Part shown: piece after piece, positions 21,902 through 31,499 of the stretch
Layout: each line of letters starts with the position of its first letter
How positions within the stretch are numbered: position 1 is the stretch's first letter
NCBI GenBank assembly: GCA_023954495.1
Contig: JAMLIA010000004.1
Coordinates: forward strand, 13,419-77,418
Length of the DNA stretch: 64,000 bases
Direction: 5' to 3'
From: Thermomicrobiales bacterium
GTDB taxonomy: Bacteria > Chloroflexota > Chloroflexia > Thermomicrobiales > CFX8
Made by a program: the position numbers and the translations under genes
The notes under the pieces: model-generated
Told to the model about the DNA's origin: nothing
The model's database searches: none
What the model saw: the letters and a program-made list of their open reading frames with translations, nothing else

Positions 21902-23197
21902 CTATGTCGCCGGGTCGATGCTAGCTCGTGGGCGAGCCTTGTTTTGGCCCTGCGACATCACGACGATTGGCAGGAGCGCGACAGCGGCCAGCGTTCCGCC
22001 AAAGATCGACAGCGCGGCGTAGCTGGTCGTCGCGACCATGACGCCGCTCATGACGCCAGCGCCAGCGCCGGACAGCGACACGATCACGTCTATCGAGCCC
22101 TGAATCGAGGCGCGCTGGCCGAGCGGTGTCGAGTCCGTGATCATGGCTGTGCCGGCGACGAACCCGAGGTTCCAACCCAGGCCAAGCAGACCGAGCGCAA
22201 TTGCCAGGGTAGCGACAGAATCAGTCGGCGCGAACGCTGCGACAACGCCGGACAGCGGCAGAATCATCGCCGCCGCAATAATGATCGGCGTTCTACCTAG
22301 CCGGTCTAGCAGAAAGCCACTCAGCGGCGATGGCAAATACATCCCAGCAATGTGGACGGCGATGACAAGACCGGTCGCGCTCAATCCATGATGGTGGTCG
22401 CGCATGTGGATCGGCGTCATCGTCATGATCGCGACCATGACGATCTGGGTAGCGACCATGACCGCAGCACCCATGGTGAGCCCGCGACGATCGACTCGTC
22501 CCATGGACGCGACCGACGACGCTTCACGAGGTGAAACGATGGATTCAAACTTCGGCGCAGACAGCAACGGGTCCGGACGCAGGTAGAGCATCAGGATTCC
22601 AGCGGCGATGGAGTAGGCGACGATCGACAACAGGAATGGGCCGGCCAGCTCTGGGATGTTCATCGTTGCGCCAAGATCGCCAAGCGGGCCACTGAGGTTT
22701 GGCCCAGCGACAGCGCCAAACGTTGTCGCGACGAGGATGGTGCTGACCGCCTGACCGCGACGCTCGGGACGCGCGAGGTCGGTGCCGGCATACCGTGCCT
22801 GCAAGTTCGTCGACATCCCGGAACCGTAGACAATGAGCGATAGGAACAGCAGCAGGATGCTGTCTGACACCGCAGCGAGGATGATGCCCAGGCCACCAAT
22901 TGCGCCCGCGACATACCCAGCGCTCAAGCCAATCCGCCGACCCGAACGCTGCGACAAGCGACCGATGCCATAGGATGCGATGGCTGCCCCAAGTGTGAAG
23001 AATGCGCTGGGCAATCCAGCCAGCCCGGTCGACCCAAGCATGTCTTCGGCAAGGAGCGCGCTGACGGTGACGCCAGCAGCGAGGCCCAGACCGGCAAATA
23101 TCTGCGACGCCGCGACCACCGTGAGTGTGCGCTTGTAGATGCGCTGGAGTTCGTGAATTACTGATTCACCGGGTTCGCTTGAGGATTCGATCGTCAT
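21902..23197 (-). CDS. MFS transporter
   Basis: 431 aa with about 12 TM helices and GRLSQRSGRR between TM2 and TM3 (MFS signature-like). Confidence 0.8.
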   Translation of the reverse strand: MTIESSSEPGESVIHELQRIYKRTLTVVAASQIFAGLGLAAGVTVSALLAEDMLGSTGLAGLPSAFFTLGAAIASYGIGRLSQRSGRRIGLSAGYVAGAIGGLGIILAAVSDSILLLFLSLIVYGSGMSTNLQARYAGTDLARPERRGQAVSTILVATTFGAVAGPNLSGPLGDLGATMNIPELAGPFLLSIVAYSIAAGILMLYLRPDPLLSAPKFESIVSPREASSVASMGRVDRRGLTMGAAVMVATQIVMVAIMTMTPIHMRDHHHGLSATGLVIAVHIAGMYLPSPLSGFLLDRLGRTPIIIAAAMILPLSGVVAAFAPTDSVATLAIALGLLGLGWNLGFVAGTAMITDSTPLGQRASIQGSIDVIVSLSGAGAGVMSGVMVATTSYAALSIFGGTLAAVALLPIVVMSQGQNKARPRASIDPAT

Positions 23198-23335
23198 CGT
23201 TGCTCCAAATCAGCACGAAGCAAGACAGTCAAATAACAACGGTTTCAACGAGACTTCACACAGCTCGTCTATCCAGAGAAAAACGCCGAGGGTCGCAATT
23301 CATTCCCGCGCCCGTATCTCCTGCGTGGTGCTAGC

Positions 23336-24019
23336 TTACAGCGGCCATGCTTCGTTGCGGTAGGCAGCGTCCCAGAACATCCACTCGTATCGGCTTGTCG
23401 TCAGGAAATGCTGGCGGAGTCGTTCCCTTCGGGAATCGGGCAAGTCGGCAACCGCGTCGTCGAGCATCGCAATCACCGTCTGTACCGGCCCGGCAAACTC
23501 GTCGGACGCGTACATTGCGATCCAGCGACTATACAGCTCATTCGGCGAGCCCGATTGCTCAAGCAGCTTGCCGACTTCCCAATAGATCCAGTAACAGGGG
23601 AGCAACGCTGTCAGCGCCTCCTCGAACGTGCCGCTCCAGGCGACGCGCACCAGATACGACGTGTAAGCGAGGCAGGTTGGGGACGGTGGTGTCGCATAGA
23701 CGTCGGCTTCGGAGAGGCCCCAGCCGGCGAAGAAGCCTTCATGCAGCGAGCGCTCGCCAACGAGCATGAACCGTGCGTGCTCTGCAAGCGTCTCCGCCCA
23801 CGCATCTCGGGGAGCTTTCGCGGCCGTGGCGGCGATGCTACGCGCAAAGTCCTGCAGGTAGATGGCGTCCTGAATCGCATATTGGCGAAACGTCTCGTCG
23901 TCAAGCGTCCCGTCCGTGAGGCCTGCAACGAATGGGTGCGCAACAATCGCAGCGTAAATTGAGTCGATCGACGCCCATAGCTCGCTGGTGAATCGTTGAG
24001 CCACAGAAGCTATCTCCAT
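23336..24019 (-). CDS. tenA: TenA-family aminopyrimidine aminohydrolase (thiaminase II)
   Basis: HPFVAGLTDGTLDDETFRQYAIQDAIYLQDFAR and CLAYTSYL, typical TenA/PqqC-like helical protein. Confidence 0.8.
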   Translation of the reverse strand: MEIASVAQRFTSELWASIDSIYAAIVAHPFVAGLTDGTLDDETFRQYAIQDAIYLQDFARSIAATAAKAPRDAWAETLAEHARFMLVGERSLHEGFFAGWGLSEADVYATPPSPTCLAYTSYLVRVAWSGTFEEALTALLPCYWIYWEVGKLLEQSGSPNELYSRWIAMYASDEFAGPVQTVIAMLDDAVADLPDSRRERLRQHFLTTSRYEWMFWDAAYRNEAWPL

Positions 24020-24148
24020 CGTTTAGTGGAATGTCGGGAATCACACCGGATCAGACGATTAAGGTCGCGCGAGTTGGTAAGCCCAACAAGCGAACAGTCA
24101 CCGTAACAAACCGCACGCGAACAGGGCAACACTTGAGACATGTTTTCG

Positions 24149-24180
24149 TGTCCGGTCTGACGCATGCGTCAGACCGGACA
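24149..24180 (-). terminator. perfect 32-nt palindrome; likely factor-independent terminator of the BNR-repeat gene, without a U-tract on this strand
   Basis: TGTCCGGTCTGACGCA|TGCGTCAGACCGGACA, located 24 nt after the stop at 24204. The T-run (TGTTTTCG) lies on the + strand 5' side only. Confidence 0.45.
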
Positions 24181-24203
24181 CTGAGTCATTCGCGGTGGTT
24201 TCG

Positions 24204-27200
24204 TTACGCGCCGATCGGCGGCAGCTTGGCGTCAGCAATCGCCTTGTTCAGCGCTGCCACATCGTCTGTCAGCGCCCGACGAAGATCGGCTGTCGTCGAC
24301 TCCAGCTGATCCGCAAGCATGGCGAACACTTCGGTCGCGCCCTGGGTCGGTCGGTCGTCCGACTCATCCGCCATGGAGCTCAGGGCCACCAGTTTCTCGC
24401 GGATCGCCGATGCGCCGGGCCGCGGCTTGTCGGCATTGACGTTCTGCAGCATAGCTTCGATGTCATCGAGCCGCTCTTTCAGCGTCGTCGCCTGCTCGTG
24501 AACAGTTTCGTTGCCGTCGGTGCGATCGAGCCACGACGCCACCTGCGAACGCACGCCGCGCAGCTGGTCAAGCGACTCGTGGATATGCGAGACCTCGTCG
24601 CGGATAGACGTCTTCAGCTCATACTGCGCCTTCAAGGCAGCGAGGTCAGCGTCAATACGCGGGTCGGCGGCCACGTTGAATGTAACCGTCTCGACTGTGT
24701 CCCCGACCGTCAGTCGCGCCGAGAAACTGCCGGGGGCGACGCGCGGAGCGAGCGCTGCGTCCATCATCGCCGCGAACCCTGCTGCTGGACCACCACTCTT
24801 CATCGCAACGGGTCGCTCACCGCGCAGATCCCAGATCAGGCGATGCGTGCCCGGCTCGGGAATGAGGTGCGGCTTGTCGTCCGTGGAGCTTGAGTAGGTT
24901 CGGAGAACGTTCCCGTCGCTATCAAGAATCTCCAGCGACACGTCGCCTTCGGGCTTGTTCTTCAGGTAGTAATGGATGTAGACGCCTTCCTCCGGGTTCG
25001 TGCCGGCATCCAGGAACGTCTCTTCCGGTGCACCGCTCGGTGACTCAGTTGCCAAATAGGCGACGGTCACTGGACCAGTCATCTTGTAGTTTGTTGCGCC
25101 CGGAGTGCGACCAAACGCACGACCGTAGACGCGAATCCGCGTGGTATCACGCGGCGTGAACAGGACGGCGTCGCGAGCTTCCATGCCTGCTTCGACCTGA
25201 TAGAGCGGCGAAAGATCGTCCAGCGCCCAGAATGCGCGACCGTGCGTCGCCGCGATCAGGTCGCTGTTTTTGATCGTCAGATCATAAACCGGCACAACCG
25301 GAAGATTGGACTGGAACGGCTGCCAGCTATCGCCGCCATCGAAGGAAATGTACAGACCCACCTCGGTGCCGCAGTACAGTAGATCCTTGCGGTTCGGGTC
25401 TTCCCGAACGACACGGGTGAAGTCGTCGACCGGGATGCCGTTAGTGACGAGCTTCCAGGATTCGCCGTAGTCCGTCGTCTTGTAGATGTACGGGGCGACG
25501 TCGTCGACCTTGTAGCGCGTCGCAGTAACGTAGGCCGTACCTGCGTCGTGTGGTGACGCCTCGATGATCGAGATCATCGCCGGTTGCGGCAGGTCACCGG
25601 GCGTCACGTTGTTCCAGTTCTTGCCGCCATCGCGCGAGATGTGGACGAGTCCATCGTCGGAGCCGGTCCAGATGACGCCGGCCTCCTGCGGGGACTCCGC
25701 CAGGGCGAAGATCGTGCAGTGAATTTCAGCGCCCGAGTTATCGTGCGTGATCGGTCCACCCGACGGGCCAAGCAGCTCAGGGTTGTTGGTTGTCAGGTCC
25801 GGACTGATGACTTCCCAGGTCTCACCTTCGTCCGTCGATTTGTGGACGTGGTTGGAGCACGCGTACAGCACGCTCGGATCATTCGGTGAGAAGTGGATTG
25901 GGAATGTCCACTGGAACCGGTACTTCAGGTCCTCTGCTCCGGCACCGAACCCGTGGATCTCCGGCCAGACTGTCACGTTGCGCTTGTGACCGCTCACTGG
26001 ATTCCAGGCAATCAGGCGACCGTGGCCGAGACCGGTGCCGATGCCACCACCGAACACGCGATGCGGTGGATTCGGGCTCACTGCGATGTAGCCAGACTCG
26101 CCACCGCCCGGCTCGACGTAGTCGCTCCAGGTGATGGCACCCTCATGGCCGATGCTCGGCACACGCATCGCCCAGTTATCCTGCTGCGATCCGTAGATGT
26201 TGTATGGCGTCTCGTTGTCGGTGGTGACATGATAGAACTGCGCCGTTGGCTGATTGAGAATCGTCGACCAGTGCTGCCCGCCGTCGAAGCTGACGCAGGC
26301 ACCGCCGTCATTACCCTCGATCAACCGGCTGGAATCGTTCGGGTCGATCCACAGGCCGTGATTGTCACCGTGTGGCGTTGTTATCTGCTCGAACGTCTTA
26401 CCGCCGTCCGTCGACTTCCAGCAGTTCAGGTTCAGAACCCAAACGGTGTTTTCGTCAGACGGGTCGGCGAAGATGTGCATGTAGTACCACGGTCGGCGTC
26501 GAAGGTCGACGTTGTCCGTCAGCTTCGTCCATGTGTTGCCGTAGTCGTCAGAGCGGAACAGACCACCGTTTTCGGCCTCGATCAACGCCCAGACGCGGCC
26601 CGCTTTGGCTGGTGACACGGACACACCGATCTTGCCGATAATGTCATCCTCGGGCATCCCCGGAAACCGCGTAACGTCTTCCCAGGTATCCCCGCCATCC
26701 ATCGACCGCCAGAGACCACTATCCTCGCCGCCGCTCACCATCGTGTGTGGATACCGCTGCGCCTGCCACATCGCCGCGAAGATGACGCGCGGGTTCGATG
26801 CGTCCAGCGAAATGTCATGACACCCAGCGCGGTCGCTCTTGTAGAGAATCTTCTCCCAGGACGCGCCGCCGTCCTTCGATCGATAAACACCGCGTTCCTC
26901 GTTCGGGCCCCAGGTATGACCGAGCGCAGCAACGTACACGAGATCGGCGTTCGTTGGATGCACCTCAATGTCGCCGATGTGCCGCGTGTCCTTCAGGCCC
27001 AAATTCGTCCAGGTGTGGCCGTTGTCGGTGGACTTGTAGACGCCATCACCGTGCGAGACATTGCTACGAATTTCGGTCTCGCCGGTGCCGACGTAGATCA
27101 CATTTGGGTCGGCGACTGGAACGTTGATTGAGCCAACCGCCGCCGTCTTGAAGAATCCGTCCGAGATGTTCTGCCAATGTGAGCCGCCATTTGTCGTTTT

Positions 27201-27335
27201 CCAGACCCCTCCGGCGCAGGCCCCGAAATAGAACGTGCCTGGTTCGTTTGGATGCCCTGCGACCGCGACTACGCGACCGCCGCGATGCGGCCCGACTTCG
27301 CGCCAGCGAAGAGACTGAATCAGCTTCTCATTCAT
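24204..27335 (-). CDS. large BNR/Asp-box repeat protein (sortilin/VPS10-like double beta-propeller) with a helical C-terminal region
   Basis: At least 10 Asp-box motifs: STDNGHTW, SKDGGASW, SMDGGDTW, SDDYGNTW, STDGGKTF, SFDGGQHW, STDEGETW, SRDGGKNW, TTDYGESW, SFDGGDSW. No N-terminal signal peptide visible. Confidence 0.8.
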   Translation of the reverse strand: MNEKLIQSLRWREVGPHRGGRVVAVAGHPNEPGTFYFGACAGGVWKTTNGGSHWQNISDGFFKTAAVGSINVPVADPNVIYVGTGETEIRSNVSHGDGVYKSTDNGHTWTNLGLKDTRHIGDIEVHPTNADLVYVAALGHTWGPNEERGVYRSKDGGASWEKILYKSDRAGCHDISLDASNPRVIFAAMWQAQRYPHTMVSGGEDSGLWRSMDGGDTWEDVTRFPGMPEDDIIGKIGVSVSPAKAGRVWALIEAENGGLFRSDDYGNTWTKLTDNVDLRRRPWYYMHIFADPSDENTVWVLNLNCWKSTDGGKTFEQITTPHGDNHGLWIDPNDSSRLIEGNDGGACVSFDGGQHWSTILNQPTAQFYHVTTDNETPYNIYGSQQDNWAMRVPSIGHEGAITWSDYVEPGGGESGYIAVSPNPPHRVFGGGIGTGLGHGRLIAWNPVSGHKRNVTVWPEIHGFGAGAEDLKYRFQWTFPIHFSPNDPSVLYACSNHVHKSTDEGETWEVISPDLTTNNPELLGPSGGPITHDNSGAEIHCTIFALAESPQEAGVIWTGSDDGLVHISRDGGKNWNNVTPGDLPQPAMISIIEASPHDAGTAYVTATRYKVDDVAPYIYKTTDYGESWKLVTNGIPVDDFTRVVREDPNRKDLLYCGTEVGLYISFDGGDSWQPFQSNLPVVPVYDLTIKNSDLIAATHGRAFWALDDLSPLYQVEAGMEARDAVLFTPRDTTRIRVYGRAFGRTPGATNYKMTGPVTVAYLATESPSGAPEETFLDAGTNPEEGVYIHYYLKNKPEGDVSLEILDSDGNVLRTYSSSTDDKPHLIPEPGTHRLIWDLRGERPVAMKSGGPAAGFAAMMDAALAPRVAPGSFSARLTVGDTVETVTFNVAADPRIDADLAALKAQYELKTSIRDEVSHIHESLDQLRGVRSQVASWLDRTDGNETVHEQATTLKERLDDIEAMLQNVNADKPRPGASAIREKLVALSSMADESDDRPTQGATEVFAMLADQLESTTADLRRALTDDVAALNKAIADAKLPPIGA

Positions 27336-27523
27336 TCTTGCCCCTCAAATCTCCAAGTCAGCCGGTGAATCTGCGTTCCGTGCAGCCCGACGAGGCAATT
27401 GTCCATAGATAGATGCTTTGGTCAATTCATCGCTCCGCGATGCGTTTTGCGCGATTTGCCTGGCAGTGGCGGTAAACTCAGTGTGGTGCAACGATTCGTT
27501 GTGATCCGAAGAACAGGCAGGCA

Positions 27524-28798
27524 ATGTCAACTCCAACACACGAGACTCCTCGCGTCATGTTGCTGATGTCACCCAAGACATATCGCGCGGGAGCGTTCCT
27601 GTCCGCAGCCGAAACCCTTGGCATTGACGTGATCTCCGTCGTTGACATGCCCCAGGCGCTGCGCGAGTACTGGCATGCGGAACTGGCAGTCAGCTTCGCC
27701 AACATCGAGCAAGCGTTCCCGGATGTCGTTCGGCTCGCTCGCGAAAAGCATGTCGATGCGCTGCTGTCGGTCGACGACGCCGCAACGGAGCTCGCAGCGC
27801 TGGGTGCGCGCGAGCTCGGCTTCTCGCACAATTCGCCACAGGCGGCCATTGCAGCTCGCGACAAGCTCGTGATGCGCGACATGCTCGCCGCCGCCGGCGT
27901 GAAGTGTCCGTGGTACCGGGTATTCTCGGCAGACACTGATCCGTACGTGATCGCCGATTCTGTGCCCTTTCCGTGCGTTATCAAGCCGCTCCGTCTATCA
28001 GGTAGCCGTGGCGTCATTCGAGCAGATAACCCGGACGAGCTGGCTAAGGCGTTTGCGCGGACGATTGCGATCACCGCCGACGACACCGGGGACGACGAGG
28101 AAATTGAGGTACTGATCGAGGAGTACATCCCTGGCGTTGAAGTCGCGCTCGAGGGTCTGATTACCGACGGTGAATTGCACGTCCTCGCGCTCTTCGACAA
28201 GCCCGATCCGCTGGTCGGTCCATTCTTCGAAGAGACGATCTACGTCACACCCTCCCGGCTATCGGCAAGCGAGCAAGCGCTTATCCGCAGTGAGACGGTT
28301 GCGGCTGCTGCTGCGCTCGGCCTGCGCCACGGCCCGATCCACGCTGAGCTGCGTATCAATGAGGTTGGCGCATGGCTCGTCGAGATCGCCGGTCGATCGA
28401 TCGGCGGACTGTGTTCGACCATTCTGTCGTTCGGCGCGGGCATGAGCCTGGAAGAGATCATCCTGCGTCATGCCGTTGGAATGACTATTCCGTCGATGGA
28501 CCGGGTCGGAGGGGCTGTCGGCGTCATGATGATCCCGATTCCGGCGAAGGGCGTGCTGCGCGCGGTCGACGACGTCGATGCCGCAACAGCGATACCCGGC
28601 GTCACCGGCATAGAAATCACGGCTCCGCTAAACTACCCGATTGAGCCATTACCGGAGGGCGCAAGCTATCTGGGATTCATCTTTGCAAAGGGAGAGTCAC
28701 CGGCAGCCGTTGAGGCAACGCTGCGCGAAGCGCACGAGCGCCTGCGGATACAGATTGACGCAGTCGTGTCGATGTCCTCGCCAGCGGCGAGGAGGTGA
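27524..28798 (+). CDS. ATP-grasp domain protein (carboxylate-amine ligase-like)
   Basis: KLVMRDMLAAAGV, FPCVIKPLRLSGSRGV, LIEEYIPGVEVALEG and IHAELR...LVEIAGRSIGG follow the typical ATP-grasp layout. Confidence 0.75.
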   Translation: MSTPTHETPRVMLLMSPKTYRAGAFLSAAETLGIDVISVVDMPQALREYWHAELAVSFANIEQAFPDVVRLAREKHVDALLSVDDAATELAALGARELGFSHNSPQAAIAARDKLVMRDMLAAAGVKCPWYRVFSADTDPYVIADSVPFPCVIKPLRLSGSRGVIRADNPDELAKAFARTIAITADDTGDDEEIEVLIEEYIPGVEVALEGLITDGELHVLALFDKPDPLVGPFFEETIYVTPSRLSASEQALIRSETVAAAAALGLRHGPIHAELRINEVGAWLVEIAGRSIGGLCSTILSFGAGMSLEEIILRHAVGMTIPSMDRVGGAVGVMMIPIPAKGVLRAVDDVDAATAIPGVTGIEITAPLNYPIEPLPEGASYLGFIFAKGESPAAVEATLREAHERLRIQIDAVVSMSSPAARR

Positions 28799-28807
28799 GG
28801 CTGGCTG

Positions 28808-29116
28808 CTATTTCTTGCGGGGTGCGCCGCCCTTGGCCGGTGCACCAGCGCCCGGTGCGACCCAGCCGTCTGGCAACTGCGCATCGGCACCGAAGAAGAA
28901 CTCTTCCATCTCCTTGCGCAGCAGCTTGCGGGTATCAGGATCGGCAGGGTACAAGCCATAATGATTGATCATGATCGTCGCGTGCTGGGTCCAGAGACGA
29001 TATGCCTCTTCTGACACGTTCTCAAAGATTCGCAACCCCAGCGGGCCGGGAAATGGTGGGGCCTCAAGACCCGGAAGCTCTCGACCAAGCTTCACACACA
29101 TCACCATTCGAGGCAT
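28808..29116 (-). CDS. YggX-family Fe(2+)-trafficking / oxidative-damage protection protein
   Basis: MVMCVKLGRELPGLEAPPFPGPLGLRIFENVSEEAYRLWTQHATIMINHYGL...RKLLRKEMEEFFFG matches YggX. Start at ATG 29116, 4 nt after GGAGGA. There is an extra Gly/Pro/Lys-rich tail. Confidence 0.8.
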   Translation of the reverse strand: MPRMVMCVKLGRELPGLEAPPFPGPLGLRIFENVSEEAYRLWTQHATIMINHYGLYPADPDTRKLLRKEMEEFFFGADAQLPDGWVAPGAGAPAKGGAPRKK

Positions 29117-29226
29117 CTGTTCCTCCAAGCCAGCTCGGGATACCGCAATCATCGAATCGCGGCTGCGACCAGTCCGCATCATCGCTAACTCTATCACTCA
29201 ATGATGATCTTGCTCACGCTCCGCGA

Positions 29227-30078
29227 ATGATTATGTTCGGCATGCACTGCGTGTTCACGCACGGGGTTCTGGCAGCCAGCGTGGCTGCAGGAATAGCGCC
29301 AATTGCGCTTCTGACCTCCGGGCCGCCAGGGATCGACGCGCCGATCGAACGCGTGCGACCGCTGACATCAATACCAACTGTTGGTACCACCGAGCCAATC
29401 CCGTCGGTCCGAACGTTCTGGATCGACAAGCCTGGATCAGCAAGCACATTGCAGCTTATTAGGTCGCTCGAACCGGACGTGATCGCTGTCGCCTGTTTCC
29501 CACATCGTATCCCTCACCGAACGGTGAGGCTCGCACGCTTCGGCGGCCTGAACGTCCATCCCAGCCCCCTCCCGGTCGGGCGCGGCCCAGATCCGTTGTT
29601 CTGGACCTTTCGTCGAGGCGATGGCAATGCTGCAGTATCGATACATGCCCTCACCGGCGAGTTCGATGCTGGTGCAATCTACGCCCAGCAGCCCCTCACG
29701 TATCAGCCTGGAATCCGTGAGAACGAACTGGATGCCAATCTGGCGCAGGTCGGCGGAACGCTGCTCGCCGATGTCATCACACACTTGATGAATGGCACAG
29801 CTCAGCCATCCGTGCAGGATGATGAATACGCCACTTACGAGCCGCTACCACGCGCCGACGACTATGTCGTCTCCAACACCGAACCAGTCGAGCGAGCGTA
29901 CACGTTCATCCGCGGCATCGCCGGACGTGGCTACGCGATCACGATCAGGACGGATCGCGGCAGCGAGACCGTCAGCGATGCGCTCGCTTATGATTGCCGC
30001 ACTGACTCAAACCGCGAAGCAGTGACCGGCGAAGACTGGATTCAGTTCGCTGACGGCTGGCTCCGCGTGCTCCGATGA
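29227..30078 (+). CDS. formyltransferase-fold protein (Fmt-like)
   Basis: PDVIAVACFPHRIP and GGLNVHPSPLPVGRGPDPLFW (HxSxLPxxRG motif). Start moved to ATG 29227 because the longer ORF-track version overlaps yggX on the other strand. Confidence 0.7.
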   Translation: MIMFGMHCVFTHGVLAASVAAGIAPIALLTSGPPGIDAPIERVRPLTSIPTVGTTEPIPSVRTFWIDKPGSASTLQLIRSLEPDVIAVACFPHRIPHRTVRLARFGGLNVHPSPLPVGRGPDPLFWTFRRGDGNAAVSIHALTGEFDAGAIYAQQPLTYQPGIRENELDANLAQVGGTLLADVITHLMNGTAQPSVQDDEYATYEPLPRADDYVVSNTEPVERAYTFIRGIAGRGYAITIRTDRGSETVSDALAYDCRTDSNREAVTGEDWIQFADGWLRVLR

Positions 30079-30130
30079 CGCAGCCAGATACGGCGAGACA
30101 GCAAGTTTCAGATAACCTGCGGAGGATTGA

Positions 30131-31417
30131 GTGAACGACACACGCGATCGAAGCCACGCCGAAGCTCTTGACGAGCACGATCCCCTCGCCGCATTTCGCG
30201 AGCGATTCTACGTCCAGCCCGGCCAGATCTACATGGACGGCAATTCGCTCGGCTTGTTGTCACGCGACGCGGAAGCAGCTGTAATCAATGCGCTCGACGA
30301 ATGGAAGACACTCGGAATCAATGGCTGGATGTCGGCCCAACCGCCGTGGCTGACACTCGGCGAAGAGCTCGGACGCCGCCAGGCAGCCATGTTCGGCGCT
30401 GAACCGGACGAGATCGTTGTGACCGGGTCAATCACAAACAACATCCATGCGCTCGTCGCGAGCTTCTATCAACCCACACATGAACGCCGCAAGATCGTCG
30501 CGACCTCGCTCGACTTCCCGTCGGATATTTATGCCCTGCAAGCCCACATTCGCCTGCACGGCGGCGATGAGCAGGCAGACCTCGCCCTGGTTCCCAGTCG
30601 CGACGGTCGGACGATCGACGAAGACGACGTCATCGCGGCCCTGCAGCCGGACGTCGCGCTGGCTCTGCTGCCCAGCGTCCTGTATCGCAGCGGGCAGCTA
30701 CTCGACATGGAACGCGTGACTGCAGCAGCGCGCGAGCGCGGCATTCCACTGGGCTGGGACTGCGCCCATTCAGCCGGCATCGTCCCGCACAAGCTCTCAG
30801 CCTGGGGCGTCGATTTCGCCATGTGGTGCAACTATAAATATCTGAATGCTGGCCCTGGAAGTGTCGGTTCGCTCTACGTCAATCAGCGTCACTTCGATCG
30901 ACTGCCCGCCCTGCCTGGCTGGTGGGGCTACCAGCGTCAGCGCCAGTTCGACATGCTCTTCGACTTCGAAGCGGCTGACGGTGCGGCCGGCTGGCAGATC
31001 AGCACCATCGGCGTACTCAGCGCGGCTCCGCTGATCGGTGCACTCGACATTCACAACGAAGCGGGTATCGAGCGCATCCGAACGAAGTCACTGGCACTCA
31101 CCGGGTATCTGATGGACCTGATGCGATCACGCGGCATGCTCGGAGAAGCGACCGGGTACGCCATCGGCACGCCAGACCCGTCAATGGGACGGGGCGGACA
31201 CGTTGCGCTCGAGCATCCTGAAGCGACGAAGATCATCAAGGCGCTGAAAGCACGCGGCGTTACACCCGACTTCCGGCCACCGAATGTGATTCGCCTCGCG
31301 CCCATCCCACTGTACACGTCATTTGTCGATGTCTGGGAGACCGTTCGCCATCTGGAGGAAATCGTATCGACCGGAGAATTCAAGCAGTATGAGGACGGGC
31401 GCGACCTGGTCGCCTGA
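30131..31417 (+). CDS. kynU: kynureninase
   Basis: GTG start. MDGNSLGL, DEIVVTGSITNNIH and FAMWCNYKYLNAGPGSVG (PLP-lysine region) are typical of kynureninase. Confidence 0.85.
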   Translation: MNDTRDRSHAEALDEHDPLAAFRERFYVQPGQIYMDGNSLGLLSRDAEAAVINALDEWKTLGINGWMSAQPPWLTLGEELGRRQAAMFGAEPDEIVVTGSITNNIHALVASFYQPTHERRKIVATSLDFPSDIYALQAHIRLHGGDEQADLALVPSRDGRTIDEDDVIAALQPDVALALLPSVLYRSGQLLDMERVTAAARERGIPLGWDCAHSAGIVPHKLSAWGVDFAMWCNYKYLNAGPGSVGSLYVNQRHFDRLPALPGWWGYQRQRQFDMLFDFEAADGAAGWQISTIGVLSAAPLIGALDIHNEAGIERIRTKSLALTGYLMDLMRSRGMLGEATGYAIGTPDPSMGRGGHVALEHPEATKIIKALKARGVTPDFRPPNVIRLAPIPLYTSFVDVWETVRHLEEIVSTGEFKQYEDGRDLVA

Positions 31418-31499
31418 TCTGCCGCCTCGACCCGTCTAGTACAATCGCGGACGGCTTGGCGGGGGCGGGCCGAGATGGACATCGACATGGAGCGTTCTC

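Noticed and set aside
24020-24148. Possible TPP (THI-box) riboswitch upstream of tenA, prompted by CTGATCCGG on the minus strand
   Set aside because: The rest of the consensus is missing: there is no CUGAGA element, no GGGGUGC/ACCC pairing, and no complementary CCGG partner for the P5 stem. The resemblance is limited to 9 nt. An Infernal scan with RF00059 would settle it.
29002-29226. N-terminal 75-aa extension of the formyltransferase-like ORF
   Set aside because: It would overlap the yggX-family gene on the opposite strand, and it has a Pro/Ser-rich non-homologous sequence. The ATG at 29227 is the first start clear of yggX.
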